From Candidatus Micrarchaeia archaeon (GTDB lineage Archaea > Micrarchaeota > Micrarchaeia > CABMEP01), in the NCBI GenBank assembly GCA_038886535.1, contig JAVZXS010000001.1, forward strand, positions 100,954 through 164,953: DNA of 64,000 nucleotides, given 5' to 3'. The notes under the pieces were generated by a model. The model saw nothing but the letters and a program-made list of their open reading frames with translations. It had not been told where the DNA came from and did no database searches. Position numbers and translations under genes: made by a program. Of the stretch, positions 1 to 8,801 are shown piece after piece. Positions within the stretch are counted from its first letter, which is position 1. Every line of letters begins with the position of its first letter.

Positions 1-437
1 TGTGAGTTAGAAGGCTCAAGCATTGGCATGTGTCCTATTTTTGCAAAGAACCTTGTATCCTGTTCGCTTTGACCTGAACTCCAGCAGTTTGGATCATCTG
101 AAAAAACAATAACCATTCCTCCTTTCACTCCATGATAAGCAAGCGGAAAGACGCTATCGGATGCTACATTGAATCCAAAATGCTTAAATGAAACCATGGA
201 TCTTAGACCTGAGAACGCGGCTCCTGCTGCAACTTCTGCAGCTACCTTTTCATTTGTGCAGTATTCAAAATAAACTCCGGTTTCTTTTGAAATCTTACAA
301 AATAAGTCTCCAACCTCTGAAACAGGCGTTCCAGGGTAGGTTGTAGATATAGAAATACCTGCTTCAAGTGCGCCTCTTACTATTGCCTCGTCTCCTAAAA
401 GTAAAACATTGCCTTTCGGCTTGAGTACATCTTCCAT
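1..437 (-). CDS. iorA: Indolepyruvate ferredoxin oxidoreductase alpha subunit, N-terminal part (runs off window edge)
   Basis: Manual translation from ATG at 437: MEDVLKPKGNVLLLGDEAIVRGALEAG..TYPGTPVSE..NEKVAAEVAAGAA..SFKHFGFNVASD..DDPNCWSSGQSEQDTR; typical IorA motifs. Confidence 0.85.
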   Translation of the reverse strand, partial: MEDVLKPKGNVLLLGDEAIVRGALEAGISISTTYPGTPVSEVGDLFCKISKETGVYFEYCTNEKVAAEVAAGAAFSGLRSMVSFKHFGFNVASDSVFPLAYHGVKGGMVIVFSDDPNCWSSGQSEQDTRFFAKIGHMPMLEPSNS

Positions 438-468
438 AATTGATATTTAGTGTGAAGATATTAAAATA

Positions 469-532
469 TTGGCTCGGCAGTTACTTCGATCATCAAAGTT
501 ACCTCAGACTGGGACAGTATCGTCATCGCCAA
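469..532 (-). ncRNA. Box C/D methylation guide sRNA (D' guide fits 23S rRNA Gm2251, E. coli numbering)
   Basis: Minus strand reads UUGGC-G-AUGACGA(C)-12 nt-CUGA(D')-GGUAACUU-UGAUGA(C')-12 nt-CCGA(D)-GCCAA; 5-bp terminal stem and canonical 12/12-nt guides. Confidence 0.85.
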
Positions 533-589
533 TAAGATTATGACGCTTTTATTTTTATTGCTTTTGTTTTTAGGCTAACAAACTAAATT

Positions 590-1738
590 TTATCTAACGC
601 TTACTAATTCCATATACTCTGCAGTCATTCCCATTAATTCAAATTTTACATTCAAGTTTCCTGTATTGTTTTCAGGAATGCTGTTTAGATCTATGTAATA
701 TTGCATTCTTCTTAAGTTTTCAGGTATGTAGATAGGAGTTCCATCAGATCTTTCACCGATCTTTTCAGTAATCAGAAGGCAAGCCTTCTGGACTTTGAAA
801 ACAGAGCCGTGTTTGTTTATGAATTCTTCTACTTCGTTTTTGTTTGCATTGTTTGAAAATAGAATCAGATAGGAGTCTGAAAATGTGAGAGACAAATTAT
901 AGTCTGAGGCGATGCTTTCTATTTTTTGCCTGTCAAATGAATCTGTAATAATTCCCTTCGTATAAACTGTTGCATTTACGCCATTTTCATTCAGCTTTGA
1001 GTTGAATTCATTGATTTCAGTCTGGTTCAGATCCCTGTTGAATGTTATCGCATCATTTTTAGTATAATTTATATCACTGCTGTTTATGCCTAGTTCAATA
1101 ATCTCATCCATATTCAGGTTTCTATCCTCCCATCTTATCTTTCCTACTATAGCATATAGATCATAGCATGCAAAACTTGCACTTACTATTCCATCTGCAG
1201 TTCTTGTAATCGGTTCTGCAGATATGGATTCAATTCCTTTATCGCTTATATATGCAACAAGGTCAACATCTATTTCCTCTCCTACTCTGCTAAACGGATC
1301 TAGATAAAGCCTGATGTTCCCAGGTGCCTGTTTTGTTTCACTTCCATTTTGCATATAGAAGGAGACAAGCCCATTAATAGTGCAGGAAGATTGAGCTAAG
1401 ACATTTACATCTTCATTTATGTATGCGTTTCTTATCTTTTCTATATTTGATTTAGAAGAATATACTAAAATCCCTTTGTTTCCTATTATGTTTATATAAT
1501 CAATATACCCTGCATCCTTTAATTCTCTGGCTATCTTCTGCGTGTTTTCATTCCAAGGCTGAATAATAATTTCATTTCCATACCCTGCTATCTTACATGT
1601 AGCGGTTCCTTTGCCCTGGCTTATGTTTGAAACAGTTTCATGACTGATAGGAGTTCTTGTGAAGTTATAAAACATAGACATTATAAACATAAGAGCTATG
1701 AATGCAACTATGTATCTTACCATTTCTTTTCTTTCCAT
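590..1738 (-). CDS. Hypothetical protein with N-terminal membrane anchor
   Basis: 382-aa ORF; hydrophobic N-terminal helix followed by an Asn/Ile-rich soluble region. Confidence 0.7.
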   Translation of the reverse strand: MERKEMVRYIVAFIALMFIMSMFYNFTRTPISHETVSNISQGKGTATCKIAGYGNEIIIQPWNENTQKIARELKDAGYIDYINIIGNKGILVYSSKSNIEKIRNAYINEDVNVLAQSSCTINGLVSFYMQNGSETKQAPGNIRLYLDPFSRVGEEIDVDLVAYISDKGIESISAEPITRTADGIVSASFACYDLYAIVGKIRWEDRNLNMDEIIELGINSSDINYTKNDAITFNRDLNQTEINEFNSKLNENGVNATVYTKGIITDSFDRQKIESIASDYNLSLTFSDSYLILFSNNANKNEVEEFINKHGSVFKVQKACLLITEKIGERSDGTPIYIPENLRRMQYYIDLNSIPENNTGNLNVKFELMGMTAEYMELVSVR

Positions 1739-1854
1739 TTGATCACTTCATTTAATTATAAGATAATGAGTAAAAATATTAGTCTTTAAAGATTTAAAAG
1801 GCTTAACACCATATATATCTTATCTGCAAATTATATTTGCTAGAGAGGGATAAT

Positions 1855-2568
1855 ATGGCAATACAAATAGGAGATTTCATAAAGTTGAGTTATACAGGAA
1901 TGCTAGAGGATGGATCAGTATTTGATACTACTGATGAAAAACTTGCGAAGGAAAAAGGAATTTACAATGAAAGAGTAGTATACGCGCCAGTTCTTTTGAT
2001 AGTTGGAAGACAACAGGTCATAAGAGGATTGGATGAGGCTTTAGTAGGGATGGAAAAGGGTGAAGAGAAAGAAGTAACCATTCCTCCTGAGAAGGCATTC
2101 GGTCAGATAAACAATGATCTTATAAACGTAATACCATTTTCACACTTTGAGAAGCAGAGAATCAACCCAGTTCCAGGAATGATTGTAAATGTAAATGGAA
2201 GAGACGGAATGGTCAGATCAGTGGGTGCAGGAAGAGTAATAGTTGACTTCAATCATCCTTTAGCAGGAAAGACATTGAAATATAAATTAAAGGTAGAAGA
2301 CATCTTAGACACACCAGAAAAAAGAGTAAATGCATTATTTGAAGATTCTGGACTTGCTGGTTCTGTCAAGCTTGATAAAGATACTGTGATTGTGGAAACA
2401 AAAGCAGATCCTTCTGAGAATTATATATTCAGAAAACAAACATTCCTTTCCTGGATAAGAGAGATAAATGAGGTAAACAAAATAAAATTCAATGAAGAGT
2501 ATGAGCTTATATCAAGGAAGCCAGAGGAAGGGCAGAAGACTGAAAAAACAAAATCTAAGACAGAGTAG
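1855..2568 (+). CDS. slyD: FKBP-type peptidyl-prolyl cis-trans isomerase (SlyD/long archaeal FKBP)
   Basis: GDFIKLSYTG..DGSVFDTT, GRQQVIRGLDEAL, PPEKAFG, VDFNHPLAGKTL; ATG at 1855 preferred over TTG at 1837. Confidence 0.92.
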   Translation: MAIQIGDFIKLSYTGMLEDGSVFDTTDEKLAKEKGIYNERVVYAPVLLIVGRQQVIRGLDEALVGMEKGEEKEVTIPPEKAFGQINNDLINVIPFSHFEKQRINPVPGMIVNVNGRDGMVRSVGAGRVIVDFNHPLAGKTLKYKLKVEDILDTPEKRVNALFEDSGLAGSVKLDKDTVIVETKADPSENYIFRKQTFLSWIREINEVNKIKFNEEYELISRKPEEGQKTEKTKSKTE

Positions 2569-2627
2569 ACGATTTCATCAGATGTATAATATTATCGCAA
2601 AATATTAAGGTTGATTTTGTTGATTTT

Positions 2628-2933
2628 ATTTCTATAGTTTCAGAATTTAAAGAATTCCTTAATGAATACAAAGTTATGGGTCTTGCAGTTGCATTCATAA
2701 TGGGTGGAGCAATAACAACACTAGTGCAATCTCTTATGAACAACATAATAATGCCGATTTTCGGTGCGTTTCTTCCAAACGGAGACTGGCAAACTGCAAC
2801 ATTTGCATTAGGTCCAATACAAATCGGATGGGGAGCATTTTTAAGCGCATTGATAAACTTCATAATAATCGCTTTTTTAATTTTCATGATTGCAAAATAT
2901 GTCATGAAGGAAGAAAAAGTGACAAAGAAATAA
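2628..2933 (+). CDS. mscL: Large-conductance mechanosensitive channel; probable non-canonical ATT start
   Basis: In-frame SIVSEFKEFLNEYKVMGLAVAFIMGGA..FLSALINFIIIAFLIF; no ATG/GTG/TTG between the stop at 2556 and the internal Met at 2676. Confidence 0.88.
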   Translation: MSIVSEFKEFLNEYKVMGLAVAFIMGGAITTLVQSLMNNIIMPIFGAFLPNGDWQTATFALGPIQIGWGAFLSALINFIIIAFLIFMIAKYVMKEEKVTKK

Positions 2934-2976
2934 TATTTTAATATTTTACACCATTAAGAATAAAAAAGATGATTTT

Positions 2977-3762
2977 ATGTTGGAATGGATATTTGTTTTG
3001 ATTGTAATAGGAATTATGTCTATCAAAATAGTTATGCAGTATCAAGAAGGAGTGGTGTTTAGGTTGGGTAAGTTTGCTAGATCCGCAGGACCTGGCTTGA
3101 ACTTTGTTATCCCTTTCATAGAGGAGATTAGATATGTTGACAAGAGAATCACAACTATAGATATTCCAAAGCAAGAGGTAATGACTAAAGACAATGTTCC
3201 ATTAGGTGTAAATGGCGTAGTCTTCTATAGAGTTGAGGATTCAAAGAAAGCAATACTTGAGATAGAGAATTATCATTATGCTATATCTCAATACGCCCAG
3301 ACTGCATTAAGAGATGTCATAGGTGGAAAAGAACTAGATACAATACTCACAAACAGAGAGGAGGTTGCAGATGAAATAAAATTAATAGTTGACAAGGAAA
3401 CAAGCGAGTGGGGCGTAGACATTATAAACATAAAAATTCAAGATATAGAATTGCCTGCAGATATGAAGAGAGTGATGGCAAAGCAGGCAGAGGCAGAAAG
3501 AGACAAGAGAGCAAAGATAATTGAGAGTGAGGCCGAATTCGCAGCAGCACAGAAGGTATCAGACGCAGCAAGGCTTCTTTCATCAACTCCAGGTGGATTG
3601 CATCTTAAAACGCTATTAACTATATCTAACGTTGCATCTTACGATGGCAATTCCGTAATATTTGTGACACCAATAGAAATACTAGAGGCAATGAAGGGCT
3701 TCGCAAAGAAAGATGGATCAAGCGAATCTGATAAAGAAACAAAAGAAAAAGGTAAGAAATAA
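2977..3762 (+). CDS. SPFH/band 7 (stomatin-like) membrane protein
   Basis: N-terminal TM; GVVFRLGKF, VDKRITTIDIPKQEVMTKDNV, QAEAERDKRAKII. Confidence 0.92.
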   Translation: MLEWIFVLIVIGIMSIKIVMQYQEGVVFRLGKFARSAGPGLNFVIPFIEEIRYVDKRITTIDIPKQEVMTKDNVPLGVNGVVFYRVEDSKKAILEIENYHYAISQYAQTALRDVIGGKELDTILTNREEVADEIKLIVDKETSEWGVDIINIKIQDIELPADMKRVMAKQAEAERDKRAKIIESEAEFAAAQKVSDAARLLSSTPGGLHLKTLLTISNVASYDGNSVIFVTPIEILEAMKGFAKKDGSSESDKETKEKGKK

Positions 3763-3795
3763 TCGATTAAGGTTTTTAATCTCTTTTTTAATTTT

Positions 3796-4713
3796 TTATT
3801 TTTTCCAAATGTCCATACTAAGATACCTCTCTCCCCTATCACATAGGATTGTAACTATATTCTTTCCTTTCATATCTTTTCTTTTTTGAAGCTCAATACA
3901 TGCTGCTAAGTTTGCACCTGATGAGATACCACATAAAAGTCCTTCATTTCTTGCAAGCTCCGTTGTACTTTTTATTGCATCCTTGCTTCTCACAGTTATT
4001 ATTTCATCGATAAGATCATAATCAAATATTTTAGGTACAAATCCTTCACCTATTCCCTGAATATCGTGATGTCCTATCTTTCCTCCGCTTAAAGCTGCGC
4101 ATTCTTGTGGTTCAACCGCTATTATCTTTACATCTCTATACTTTTTCTTCAATACAGATGCGACTCCTCTTATAGTTCCACCAGTTCCAACACCCATAAC
4201 AAAAACATCTACTTTAAGCTTTTTCCTTTTCATTTCATTTATGATTTCATTTCCTGTTTTATAATGTGCTTTAAAATTATCTGGATTTTCAAATTGCGAT
4301 GGAAACCACGCCTTTCCTTTATATTTAATCTTCATTTCTTCAAGTTTTTTAACTGGTCCAAACATCTCTTCTTTTGCAGGAGTAAGAATAACTCTTCCTC
4401 CAAACGCCTCTATCATTTGTCTCCTTTCTTTTGTTACATTTTCAGGCATTATTGCAATGAATTCATATCCAAGTGCAGCAGAAACCATTGCAAAAGATAT
4501 TCCTGTATTTCCAGACGTGGCTTCTATTATTTTCATTCCTTTTTTTAACTCTCCTCTTTCTTCCGCCTTGTGAATCATCTCATGTGCAATCCTGTCTTTT
4601 AGACTTCCACTTGGATTGAGATATTCAAGTTTTGCATAAATGTTTGAACTATTGCTAAATCTTTCAAGTTTCACTATGGGCGTATTTCCTATATTATGAA
4701 ATATATCAACCAT
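3796..4713 (-). CDS. cysK: Cysteine synthase (O-acetylserine thiol-lyase, PLP fold II)
   Basis: IGNTPIV, KLEYLNPSGSLKDR (PLP Lys), EATSGNTGI, GVGTGGT, GISSGAN, ILCDRGERYLS. Confidence 0.9.
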   Translation of the reverse strand: MVDIFHNIGNTPIVKLERFSNSSNIYAKLEYLNPSGSLKDRIAHEMIHKAEERGELKKGMKIIEATSGNTGISFAMVSAALGYEFIAIMPENVTKERRQMIEAFGGRVILTPAKEEMFGPVKKLEEMKIKYKGKAWFPSQFENPDNFKAHYKTGNEIINEMKRKKLKVDVFVMGVGTGGTIRGVASVLKKKYRDVKIIAVEPQECAALSGGKIGHHDIQGIGEGFVPKIFDYDLIDEIITVRSKDAIKSTTELARNEGLLCGISSGANLAACIELQKRKDMKGKNIVTILCDRGERYLSMDIWKK

Positions 4714-4801
4714 TCATTTCACCTTTTATTTAAATCATTTTTTGGCCTTTTATTAATTGTTTTGATGACAGTATTTTAAATTTATTTATCAAATTGAGTT
4801 T

Positions 4802-5551
4802 ATGTGTGAGATATGCAGCAAGCTGGATGATGAACATAGAAAAAGAGTGGATTCTATTTTCTCAAGAATTTCAGAGCGTATAAGTAATTCAAAGGAAAGC
4901 CAGGAATTCAAAGGAGTAGCATTTTCAACTCCAAACTTTCCAAAGCTATATGGGATTTGGTTTGAACCAAGAATGCAACTTCAACTGCCATCAAATTTTT
5001 ATCAGTCTGTTCTGGTAGACGGCCAGAAGCTAAGAAGCGATTGGACGTCTGGATGGTTAAGGGTTCTCTCATTCCATCAAGGTTCACTTTTTCTTCTTGC
5101 ACATGGCTTTGTAAAGAAAGAAGATAAAGAATACAACTTATTTCTTTATCAAGTAGAATTCAAGAAAGATGAGTATAAATCAGTTGTTACCGAAGGAAAT
5201 AAAATTATTATAACAGTAGAAAACATTCAAAAAGAAGGAATAGATCTAATAAGTGGAAACCAGGTTTCTCATATGTTTTCATTTTCCTTCATCCACAATC
5301 CAACAGAAAAAGCGTTCGTCCCAAGAGAAAGGATCGAAAGCAGCGGTCTATTCAGATCAGTTTATCAGGGAAAAGTAGCTCCAAAACCGATCACATTTGA
5401 TTGGTCCAATTATGTTATTACAGTTCCTCATTTCTCGTTTCATTCAATCCTTCATCAGCGATACAAAGAATTTGGATTTGCATCTGCAATTGAAATGCAG
5501 CATAGAGTTACAGATGTATTAAAAGAGAGTTTATCTAATTTTGAAAAATAG
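4802..5551 (+). CDS. Hypothetical protein (N-terminal CxxC)
   Basis: 249-aa ORF; stop codon overlaps the 3' end of tRNA-Gln. Confidence 0.7.
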   Translation: MCEICSKLDDEHRKRVDSIFSRISERISNSKESQEFKGVAFSTPNFPKLYGIWFEPRMQLQLPSNFYQSVLVDGQKLRSDWTSGWLRVLSFHQGSLFLLAHGFVKKEDKEYNLFLYQVEFKKDEYKSVVTEGNKIIITVENIQKEGIDLISGNQVSHMFSFSFIHNPTEKAFVPRERIESSGLFRSVYQGKVAPKPITFDWSNYVITVPHFSFHSILHQRYKEFGFASAIEMQHRVTDVLKESLSNFEK

Positions 5552-5621
5552 CCCCGACCGGATTCGAACCGATGTCACGAGGTCCAGAGCCTCGTATCCT
5601 TGACCACTAGACGACGGGGCT
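5549..5621 (-). tRNA. tRNA-Gln(CTG)
   Basis: Cloverleaf AGCCCCG..CGAGG-CUCUGGA-CCUCG..GGUUCGAAUCC..CGGGGCU-A; A1-U72 as in archaeal tRNA-Gln. Confidence 0.95.
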
Positions 5622-5676
5622 AAGTTAATTTAAATAAATCCTATTAATAATAAAATAGTGTGCTGATTTAATAAAT

Positions 5677-5823
5677 TTATCTTAAACATGCAGGTTTTGG
5701 CCACTGCTTGCTATTCTTGTGATATCTGATGCATTCGCAGCATATTCCATGTCTCGGGCAGTCTGTTTCTGGACATGGACAATCCTTTTCATTTTCTTCT
5801 TTGTTTGGACACGGGCTTCTCAT
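5677..5823 (-). CDS. Small Cys-rich protein (48 aa, CPCxxxxCxRHGxCCECxxYH; DUF6485-like)
   Basis: Manual translation MRSPCPNKEENEKDCPCPETDCPRHGICCECIRYHKNSKQWPKPACLR; GGTG SD-like site upstream; directly downstream of proS. Confidence 0.75.
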   Translation of the reverse strand: MRSPCPNKEENEKDCPCPETDCPRHGICCECIRYHKNSKQWPKPACLR

Positions 5824-5858
5824 AAAAACACCATTAATTATCCTAACAGTATTAAAAA

Positions 5859-7331
5859 TTAATATTGTCTAGCAATATAAACTACATGTTTTGCAGGTTT
5901 TCCGCAAACCACACATTTCTTATTTCCAAAAGGCTCTTCAACTTTGCCTATAAGAGTTCCTCTTACCTTTCCACCTTTTGTTTCATATTGTATCATGTCT
6001 CCGCATTCTTTTCCATCAGAATCAATAGAACAGATATTGACTCTTGCATATCCCTTATCTTTGTCAAGAATATTCTTAATTTCTTGGATATTTTCTGCAT
6101 TTTTTATTTTCCCCTCTAATTTAGATATTGATTTCTGCTTTAATCTGTTTATCATCTGCTCCTTTTCTTCCTCTATAACTTTGATCAGATCTTTATCCTC
6201 TATTCTTTTTCTTGTTCTTTCATCTCTTGGAACAAGAGTGACAAATTTTTCATTAACTTCTTTTTCTCCGATCTCTATTCTGAAAGGCACTCCTCTAAGC
6301 TCCCAGTCGGCATATTTGTAACCTGGCGTTTTATCTCTTTCATCTAATATTACTTTATATCCTTTCTTTTCTAGTTTCTTTTTAGTGTCTTTACATTTAT
6401 TAATTATTAATTTATTGTCAATCCCGCTCTTTACTATAGGAACTATCACTACATCTACTGGCGCTACAGAAGGAGGAATAACTAATCCTCTATTATCACC
6501 ATGAATAGATATAATCGCAGCCATTATTCTCCATATTCCAGGCCCATAACATGTTTGATAGGCATGGAGTTCGTTGTTATCCTTGTCTTTGAATTTGATA
6601 TTGAATCCTTTTGCAAAATTCTGTCCAAGATAATGTGTGCTTGCAATCTGAAGAGTCTTTCCATCTGGCAGCAGTACATCAGTTGCATAAGTGTGCTCTG
6701 CACCAGGGAAAGTATCCCATTTAGGTCTTTGGAAGAACATGCATTCTATTCCCAGCTGTTCTTTAATAACCTTTGTTGATATCATCATATCTTTTATTAT
6801 CTGTTCTCTTGCTTCTTTTTCTGTTGCAAATGCATCATGTGCCTCTATCCAAAGAAATTCTCTTCCTCTAAAGAAAGGACTGGTTTCTGCCTCATTTCTA
6901 AAGACAGTGCAGCTCTGATACAATTTTATAGGAAGATCGGTATAATCTCTTATCCATAAAGAGTACATTTGATACATTGCAGTTTCACTTGTTGGTCTAA
7001 GCGCAAGCTTTCTGTTTAATTTTTCAGTACCTTTTTCAGTTATCCAAAATACATTAGGAACAAATCCTTCTGCATGCTCTTTTTCGATTTCAAAGTTCTC
7101 TTCAGGAATTACTGTAGGAAAGAGTGTTGGCTCATGACCATCTTTCTCAAGTTCTGCTTCAAATAAAGCATATAATTTTTTGAATATCCTCATTGCCCAT
7201 GGCTTATGTACGATGAATCCCTGCACATTGTATCTATTGTCAACCAAATCTGCTGCATAAATAACTGTATTATACCATTCACTGAAGTTCCTGTCCTTGT
7301 CTTTGTCAAATTCTCTTCCAGCCATTGCCAT
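5859..7331 (-). CDS. proS: Proline--tRNA ligase (archaeal/eukaryotic type)
   Basis: FSEWYNTVI, LALRPTSET, FFRGREFLW, CVVCGKPAKHVVYIARQY C-terminus; start trimmed to MAMAG. Confidence 0.97.
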   Translation of the reverse strand: MAMAGREFDKDKDRNFSEWYNTVIYAADLVDNRYNVQGFIVHKPWAMRIFKKLYALFEAELEKDGHEPTLFPTVIPEENFEIEKEHAEGFVPNVFWITEKGTEKLNRKLALRPTSETAMYQMYSLWIRDYTDLPIKLYQSCTVFRNEAETSPFFRGREFLWIEAHDAFATEKEAREQIIKDMMISTKVIKEQLGIECMFFQRPKWDTFPGAEHTYATDVLLPDGKTLQIASTHYLGQNFAKGFNIKFKDKDNNELHAYQTCYGPGIWRIMAAIISIHGDNRGLVIPPSVAPVDVVIVPIVKSGIDNKLIINKCKDTKKKLEKKGYKVILDERDKTPGYKYADWELRGVPFRIEIGEKEVNEKFVTLVPRDERTRKRIEDKDLIKVIEEEKEQMINRLKQKSISKLEGKIKNAENIQEIKNILDKDKGYARVNICSIDSDGKECGDMIQYETKGGKVRGTLIGKVEEPFGNKKCVVCGKPAKHVVYIARQY

Positions 7332-7430
7332 GATAACACCTTTAAAAACATAAGCATTAATATAATTAGTCAGAGAATATTTAAAAACAGTAATATAATA
7401 ACCAATTATTTCGAGCAATGCGGTGGTCTT

Positions 7431-8714
7431 ATGGCGTATGAAGGATATGTAGATTTGAAATATTCCCCATCCAAAGACGATTTAATATGCAGGTTTTATG
7501 TAGAGCCAAGATACGGAGTTTCGTTTGAGAGAGCAGCTAGTACAGTTGCGGCAGAATCAAGTATAGGAACATGGACAGATGTTCAGACTTCAAAGCCATA
7601 CGTTAAAAAATTAGCAGCTTATGTTTTTCATTTAGATCCAAATTCAGGATATATTGATATAGCATATCCATTAGATGCATTTGAACCAAATAACATTCCT
7701 CAGATGCTTAGTAGCATTGCAGGAAACATATTTGGAATGAAGGAAGCAAACAATCTAAGACTTTATGATATAAAAATTCCAAAGAAAATGATGCAATGGT
7801 ATGATGGACCAATGTTTGGTATACCTGGTGTTAGAAAATTACTCAAGGTTAAAACAAGACCTCTTCTTGGAACAATAATCAAGCCGAAAATGGGTTTAAA
7901 TGTCAGGGATCATGCAAAGGTTGCTTATGAGGCATGGGTAGGCGGATGTGATATAGTCAAGGATGACGAAAATTTAGCAAGTCAGAAATTCAATAATTTT
8001 GAAAAAAGGGTGAAAGAAACATTAAAGTTAAGAGACAAAGCAGAGAAAGAAACAGGCGAAAAGAAGATATATATGCCAAACATAACTGCTTCTGGAAAAG
8101 AAATGGAAAGAAGAGCAAAATTTGTAAAGGATCATGGTGGAGAATATGCGATGGTTGATATAATTACTGTTGGGTGGAGCGCTTTGCAAGATTTGAGGGA
8201 TTCAAATAACAAACTTAATTTAGTAATTCATGAACATAGAGCGGGCCATGCTGCAATCACAAGAAATCCAAAGCACGGAATATCTATGCTTACAATAGCG
8301 AAACTTACAAGGATGCTTGGGTTTGATCAATTGCATGCAGGGACAATAGTTGGAAAGATGGAAGGGGGATTGGAAGAGGTTCAAGATGTTGTAAGTGCGT
8401 TAAAAGAAAAGGTAACTCCTCCAAGGGAAAAAACATTCACATTAGGGCAGGATTGGTATGGTGTTAAACCTTGCTTCCCAGTTGCATCTGGAGGTCTTCA
8501 TCCATTAATGTTTCCTGTAATTACAAAGTACTTAGGAAAAGACTTAATCCTACAAGCTGGAGGAGGAATACATGGACACCCTCAAGGAACAAGAAGAGGA
8601 GCAACTGTTGCGAGAGCTGTATTAGAGGCAGTGGATCAAGGAATAGCGCTTGAGGATTCAAAGGATCCATTAATAAAGGAAGCAATCGAGATCTGGGGCA
8701 AACATAAGTTCTAA
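7431..8714 (+). CDS. rbcL: Ribulose-1,5-bisphosphate carboxylase, form III
   Basis: AAESSIGTWT, AGNIFG, GTIIKPKMG, DIVKDDE, HEHRAGH, LHAGT..GKM, ASGGLHP, QAGGGIHGHP; ATG at 7431 after GGTGG. Confidence 0.95.
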   Translation: MAYEGYVDLKYSPSKDDLICRFYVEPRYGVSFERAASTVAAESSIGTWTDVQTSKPYVKKLAAYVFHLDPNSGYIDIAYPLDAFEPNNIPQMLSSIAGNIFGMKEANNLRLYDIKIPKKMMQWYDGPMFGIPGVRKLLKVKTRPLLGTIIKPKMGLNVRDHAKVAYEAWVGGCDIVKDDENLASQKFNNFEKRVKETLKLRDKAEKETGEKKIYMPNITASGKEMERRAKFVKDHGGEYAMVDIITVGWSALQDLRDSNNKLNLVIHEHRAGHAAITRNPKHGISMLTIAKLTRMLGFDQLHAGTIVGKMEGGLEEVQDVVSALKEKVTPPREKTFTLGQDWYGVKPCFPVASGGLHPLMFPVITKYLGKDLILQAGGGIHGHPQGTRRGATVARAVLEAVDQGIALEDSKDPLIKEAIEIWGKHKF

Positions 8715-8801
8715 GATTCTGTTATATATTTTTTGATTTTCAATTCTTTTATTATTTTTATAATTAGTTAGGTTTATATATTCCTTTTTTGTAGTTTAAT
8801 T

